NCBI GenBank assembly: GCA_009924895.1
Contig: RFQR01000004.1
Location: 16,328 to 80,327 of the forward strand
Direction: 5' to 3'
Length of the DNA stretch: 64,000 nucleotides
Origin: a bacterium
GTDB lineage: Bacteria; Patescibacteriota; Minisyncoccia; Phycocordibacterales; UBA2100
In this document: one piece after another, positions 61,001-64,000 of the stretch
Layout of the letters: each line of letters opens with the position of its first letter
Numbering within the stretch: position 1 is the first letter of the stretch
Made by a program: the position numbers and the translations under genes
The notes under the pieces: model-generated
What the model was told of the DNA's origin: nothing
The model's database searches: none
The model's input: only the letters and a program-made list of their open reading frames with translations

Positions 61001-62781
61001 GTCACGTAGCCGCGGGCCGAGTTATTTTCATATGCCAAACAGAACTTGTAGTGTTTCAGGAACTCGAGTTTCTGTTGTTCCCCGCCCCCTCCTCCTGCGC
61101 CGGCAAAAATCCCATCCCCTACATTGTTAAAAAGGCGCCCTGCAGAATCGACGGGTTTATAGTCGGACAACCATTGGAATGCAGTATTTCGTATAGGATT
61201 TGACGGATTTGATACAACAAAGGCGCAGAATTTCTTCTTTTGTTCAAGTTCAGATGCATAGACGCGCGTGCAACGCTCCAAAGGAATCGGTTTCGGATTT
61301 ACAATACGGGAGGCGTCTGCTCCAAACCAATCAATCTCCAATATCCATAGGGGAAAACGGAGATATATCTCAGACATCATATCATAATGCTGAAATCCAA
61401 GATTGAGCTTGGCCTCGGGGATTGGTTTTGTGTTTTCTCCTGTGAAATGGATTTTGGGCAACTCTTTTGGAAGCGCTTTCCAGGCTTCTCCAAAAGGTCC
61501 AAATATTACTACAGAATCACCAGAACTTGCAGGACCACCTACAACTTTCACGGGGGGATCCAACTTTGCGCCTGCCGCGGAGAGCATCAGTGTAAAAAAG
61601 TTATATTCGGGGACAAAGTTCTCCCACATGTCACAAAAACCTACACGCAGTGTCGCGCTTTGGCTAGGAATAGGTGATACGAATCCCTCTAAGACCCCCC
61701 TCCAGGCTTTTTGAACTGTTGGCGAGAGAGGAGAGTATCTATGAATCATCTGCGCACGTATAGTCTGTATTACATCCGCTGCAAATATTCCACTTTTGTT
61801 AGTTATATCTTCTTTCAAACGTTGAAACGCAGAACACGCCTCTCCAATATGATTATCAGAATAATATCCGCGTTCAAGTCCAAATCCAATATCACGTAGA
61901 ACAGGAGAGTTATGAATAAGAGGGATTCCTGCCCATGCCACATCCAGGAGCATGGGTCGCACAAGAGTGAATCGAATATGCGATAGAACACAGCTCATAG
62001 GCTCTCGAACCCATTCTACACAGCGTTGGCGACCTACAAACTCCCCACTTAATCCTACTGCGTCGTCACTACAGTGTTTTACAATATTTTCCATAAAAAA
62101 CTTGCTTTTTATTATAGTATCTGCATTGTGAACCTTCCAGTTCGCAATCTCCATCCCACGCCGTTTTGCTTCACGCAAGATTACAAGGGGGACTGTAGCA
62201 GAGCTCGCATTTGTTGTATTCGTTTCTGCAATATGAACCTTCCATTGAGTATCTTCTTTCCATGTCTCGAGACCCATCATTCGTATATGTGTTGCAGCAG
62301 GGGAAGGGGACCAGAGAAAAGGGACGACGCGCACAGGAAGGCCTGAAAGCAACTCCACGATTTGGACCGAACCCTCTTCTGTTGCAGCAGTATCCATCAT
62401 CCAAACCTCCGTTAGCCCCTCGAACTCCCTTTTAGGAGTTATGGAGGTTGGATATAAACAGCACTCCATCTCTTGTAAAAGAAAGGGTTTTCGTATGACC
62501 CAAATAGATTGTTTTGTTAGCTTTGCTCTAAGTTCGGTTGTAAGAATCATACGATCAATCTCAAATACTATATCATATCCTGATGCATCTTCAATGGAAA
62601 TTATTTTCCAATAGGGTTCAAGATCCTTGCAATCATCCCACCAAGTTGCTTTCCCCGTCATTTGAATAAAATGGACTTCATGACCAAACTCTCTCATAAG
62701 CTCTGCGATTGCGAGGGATGTATTTGCCATACCCGAACTAAACATCGAGTGTTGAGCCGTTGCCAGTACTCCTACACGCAT
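58030..62781 (-). CDS. Multidomain glycosyltransferase (1583 aa): GT-B N-domain, GT10 fucosyltransferase-like module, GT25 module and further C-terminal GT-like module
   Basis: N-terminus MRVGVLATAQ...GHEVHFI (GT-B). YKFCLAYENNSARGYVTEKYLHAKAAGCIPIYWGDP is the FucT motif (FxLxFENS...GYVTEK). YVINLDRRADRL...GCALSH...LILEDDV is the GT25 signature. EVKPEVKPEVKPEVKP linker. Confidence 0.85.
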   Translation of the reverse strand: MRVGVLATAQHSMFSSGMANTSLAIAELMREFGHEVHFIQMTGKATWWDDCKDLEPYWKIISIEDASGYDIVFEIDRMILTTELRAKLTKQSIWVIRKPFLLQEMECCLYPTSITPKREFEGLTEVWMMDTAATEEGSVQIVELLSGLPVRVVPFLWSPSPAATHIRMMGLETWKEDTQWKVHIAETNTTNASSATVPLVILREAKRRGMEIANWKVHNADTIIKSKFFMENIVKHCSDDAVGLSGEFVGRQRCVEWVREPMSCVLSHIRFTLVRPMLLDVAWAGIPLIHNSPVLRDIGFGLERGYYSDNHIGEACSAFQRLKEDITNKSGIFAADVIQTIRAQMIHRYSPLSPTVQKAWRGVLEGFVSPIPSQSATLRVGFCDMWENFVPEYNFFTLMLSAAGAKLDPPVKVVGGPASSGDSVVIFGPFGEAWKALPKELPKIHFTGENTKPIPEAKLNLGFQHYDMMSEIYLRFPLWILEIDWFGADASRIVNPKPIPLERCTRVYASELEQKKKFCAFVVSNPSNPIRNTAFQWLSDYKPVDSAGRLFNNVGDGIFAGAGGGGGEQQKLEFLKHYKFCLAYENNSARGYVTEKYLHAKAAGCIPIYWGDPAFERDFNVSGCIDAREFTTPEQLIEAVQRVDENDSEWLKRFAVPALDPYKVAWCHRTMAECARRIFGLGGFAVNSFPVTVGDTYVAAAEPEVKPEVKPEVKPEVKPDIENTLEVPLMVTCATRKYLPSLQHWLISVGTQTQAMPELKALVFLSSDVPEDTGAVLQSKFPFAAFESLPDTTPPTDAFTDFWDPQHFGWKIWILNEVCGRKEFAKKIIFYTDAGSFLCRWPQAWMRQAQASGLCFLEDPREENKRWCSPEFCEALHVTGAELAAQQIQAANIIYRAGVAPATHLFQEAMALAKRREVLVGPKWAGVGPDGKPYGHRHDQSILSILAMRHSVARYPLDPVCCDRSLRKTFTSGRSLYMHRGNFQAHIPFTEQIDDAYVINLDRRADRLERLWKNCPELQGRVERWSAIDGRALELTPSVQRVLKSNDFFWKKAVAGCALSHLGLWWKLAHEHTNIQNYLILEDDVKLRPGWENAWKAAVEDIPEDYDILYLGGVLPPNRASFDTIKERVNDSFCRIQENTLWGQTTPTRYFHLCAYAYILTKRGAQKIIQMIEDRDGFWTSADHVLCNPVNILKSYILDPIVAGCYQDDDPKYANSQFNDFNRIDGFDSDLWNNDERFTPKELPDTPMDIAAALQEIRAPPKPVQVLNVRRLPYMSRGMRKRSYSTSVKLPFRFVCLAEQNLDFSHLHEGQWLLDLFGKPSLAPIEKISVDATPPTDTPIVILQRPHIPKITHMLTRWSDAGAKFRVLHLSDEMLDDDIDLYDLSGCEKVLRFYIRETLPAKVTTIPLGFHWTLHGGSKNVLEKTPRLPFRTLAWSFFGTNWKNRRTNMQPLFDISCTYTSQFFNDWNDPGSLDKNAYISTLLDTVFVPCPDGMNPETFRFYEALECGCIPILVKTEENRMWIDWITEHLQILPLSSWKDAAQFIEQLMKNKTMLEAYRMKLLLSWMECRENFYKVVGEWRKV
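60625..60680 (-). repeat. 12-nt coding tandem repeat encoding (EVKP)n linker inside the multidomain glycosyltransferase
   Basis: cgggcttcacct x4-5 on + strand. Confidence 0.85.
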
Positions 62782-62818
62782 CCTATCTCGTAAGATTCGT
62801 GGAGAAGCTTTTAGACCA

Positions 62819-63883
62819 TTAGCGTCGCAGAGTTGAGGTCCTTCGTATATATGATCGTTGTGTTTTACCTACTTTCGTAGCCCATTTTGTAGGCCCTTTC
62901 GTAACCCGTTTCTTAACCCGTGTTGTAGCCTTTTTCTTTTTACGTATAGAATGCATAGGAGTCATCATATGTCGCGTATATTTGTTGATAAGCGATAGTT
63001 CCGCTTCATATAACATGTGATAGTTTTCTAATGCTACCCCATGTATACTTTCCTTTACATGTATATGATACATCTTCTCATTTTTACCCATGGAACTCGA
63101 CCTAGACCTAGATTTGAACGGCGAAGCATTTTCAGACATTACGCTTAGATTAGATCGAATAGATTGCGTTCCATTTGTATCTATAGAACTAGACTTCGAA
63201 CTCGAACGTATATTCATAGAAATATCGCCTGTATGCAATCTCTCGAATAGTGTGCTTAGAAACCATTCTATATCATCATATGCATAGTCAAAAATATTGG
63301 ATGTTTCATTTCGGTCGGCCATATCATATGCGTGTTTCGCAATAGCACACAGGCTAAACATTGTTTCATCATATTTCAATCGCAGCTCAGGCGTATCACT
63401 CGACCCATAATACTCAAATACGCCAGCGTGATCTGGTTTTCCAAAAAACGTAGAGATAGTCTGCATATTCTCTGAATTAAATAGTATTGTATACATACTG
63501 AGTGGAAGGTGCAGCGCCATTCCATAGGCATATGCTATATATGGGATTTCTGGCATATATTGTAAAATGAAATATGTAAAAAAACCAGGATATTGCATAT
63601 TCTTACCTAGAATCATATCCAACTCCTCTTGCGAATCCCTGTCGCCGCCTTTCATAGACATTGGCATACCCCCCGATATAGGTAATAGCCCACCTACGGG
63701 AGGAATATCACCCAATACAAGACTGATATCCGCCTCTGAAAAATCTCCGCGTTTCATAATTTTAGTATGTATAATCTCTGGGCGAAATATAACTTTATCT
63801 ACCGCATTTGGAAAAAAAGTCCTGAATGTTGATAGATGCCTTATTTCCCTTCTTTTTAAATTTACAAGAAACGGATATTTCAT
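62819..63883 (-). CDS. Hypothetical protein (354 aa) with poly-basic C-tail
   Basis: C-tail KKKKATTRVKKRVTKGPTKWATKVGKTQRSYIRRTSTLRR. Confidence 0.6.
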   Translation of the reverse strand: MKYPFLVNLKRREIRHLSTFRTFFPNAVDKVIFRPEIIHTKIMKRGDFSEADISLVLGDIPPVGGLLPISGGMPMSMKGGDRDSQEELDMILGKNMQYPGFFTYFILQYMPEIPYIAYAYGMALHLPLSMYTILFNSENMQTISTFFGKPDHAGVFEYYGSSDTPELRLKYDETMFSLCAIAKHAYDMADRNETSNIFDYAYDDIEWFLSTLFERLHTGDISMNIRSSSKSSSIDTNGTQSIRSNLSVMSENASPFKSRSRSSSMGKNEKMYHIHVKESIHGVALENYHMLYEAELSLINKYTRHMMTPMHSIRKKKKATTRVKKRVTKGPTKWATKVGKTQRSYIRRTSTLRR

Positions 63884-64000
63884 TTTATACGTTTCTAAAT
63901 AATCCAGACCTTCCGCTATATCTTCAATCGTTCGTGGAAACTTTTTGAGTATATCCGAGACCCGTGTTTCTATATTGCGTATAACAAATGATAAAATGAT

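Overview
This window is densely packed with intron-free CDSs on both strands and no rRNA. The gene content is eukaryote-like, so it reads as a slice of a nucleocytoplasmic large DNA virus (giant virus) genome rather than a cellular or bacterial one. I could not assign it to a particular family. Recognisable genes: an ERCC4/Mus81-type nuclease, a patatin-like phospholipase, a CPHC thioredoxin, RNase III with a dsRBD, a poxvirus D6/D11-type SNF2 helicase carrying an internal NADAR (YbiA/DUF1768) domain, a Ulp1-like cysteine protease, a 71-aa ubiquitin that stops before the RLRGG tail, a FEN1/XPG nuclease, an H1-like/SWIB fusion protein, a ParB-like nuclease-domain protein, a NAD+-dependent DNA ligase with a BRCT domain, and several glycosyltransferases of GT4, GT10 and GT25 type. 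Two tRNA genes lie side by side on the minus strand. One is a eukaryote-type tRNA-Asn(GUU). The other is a tRNA-Met(CAU) with initiator hallmarks and a 21-nt intron. From about 41.7 kb to the end of the window, eleven minus-strand genes form a one-directional island. They encode discoidin-domain, Cys-repeat and mucin-like membrane proteins plus a five-module glycosyltransferase, which looks like a virion surface or fibril glycan biosynthesis system. Other notable points: many proteins with poly-basic tails, PEVK-like 12-nt coding repeats, perfect hairpins between convergent genes, and a recurrent TAG(R)A motif directly before start codons. All functional calls rest on motif recognition by eye. 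No database search was possible.
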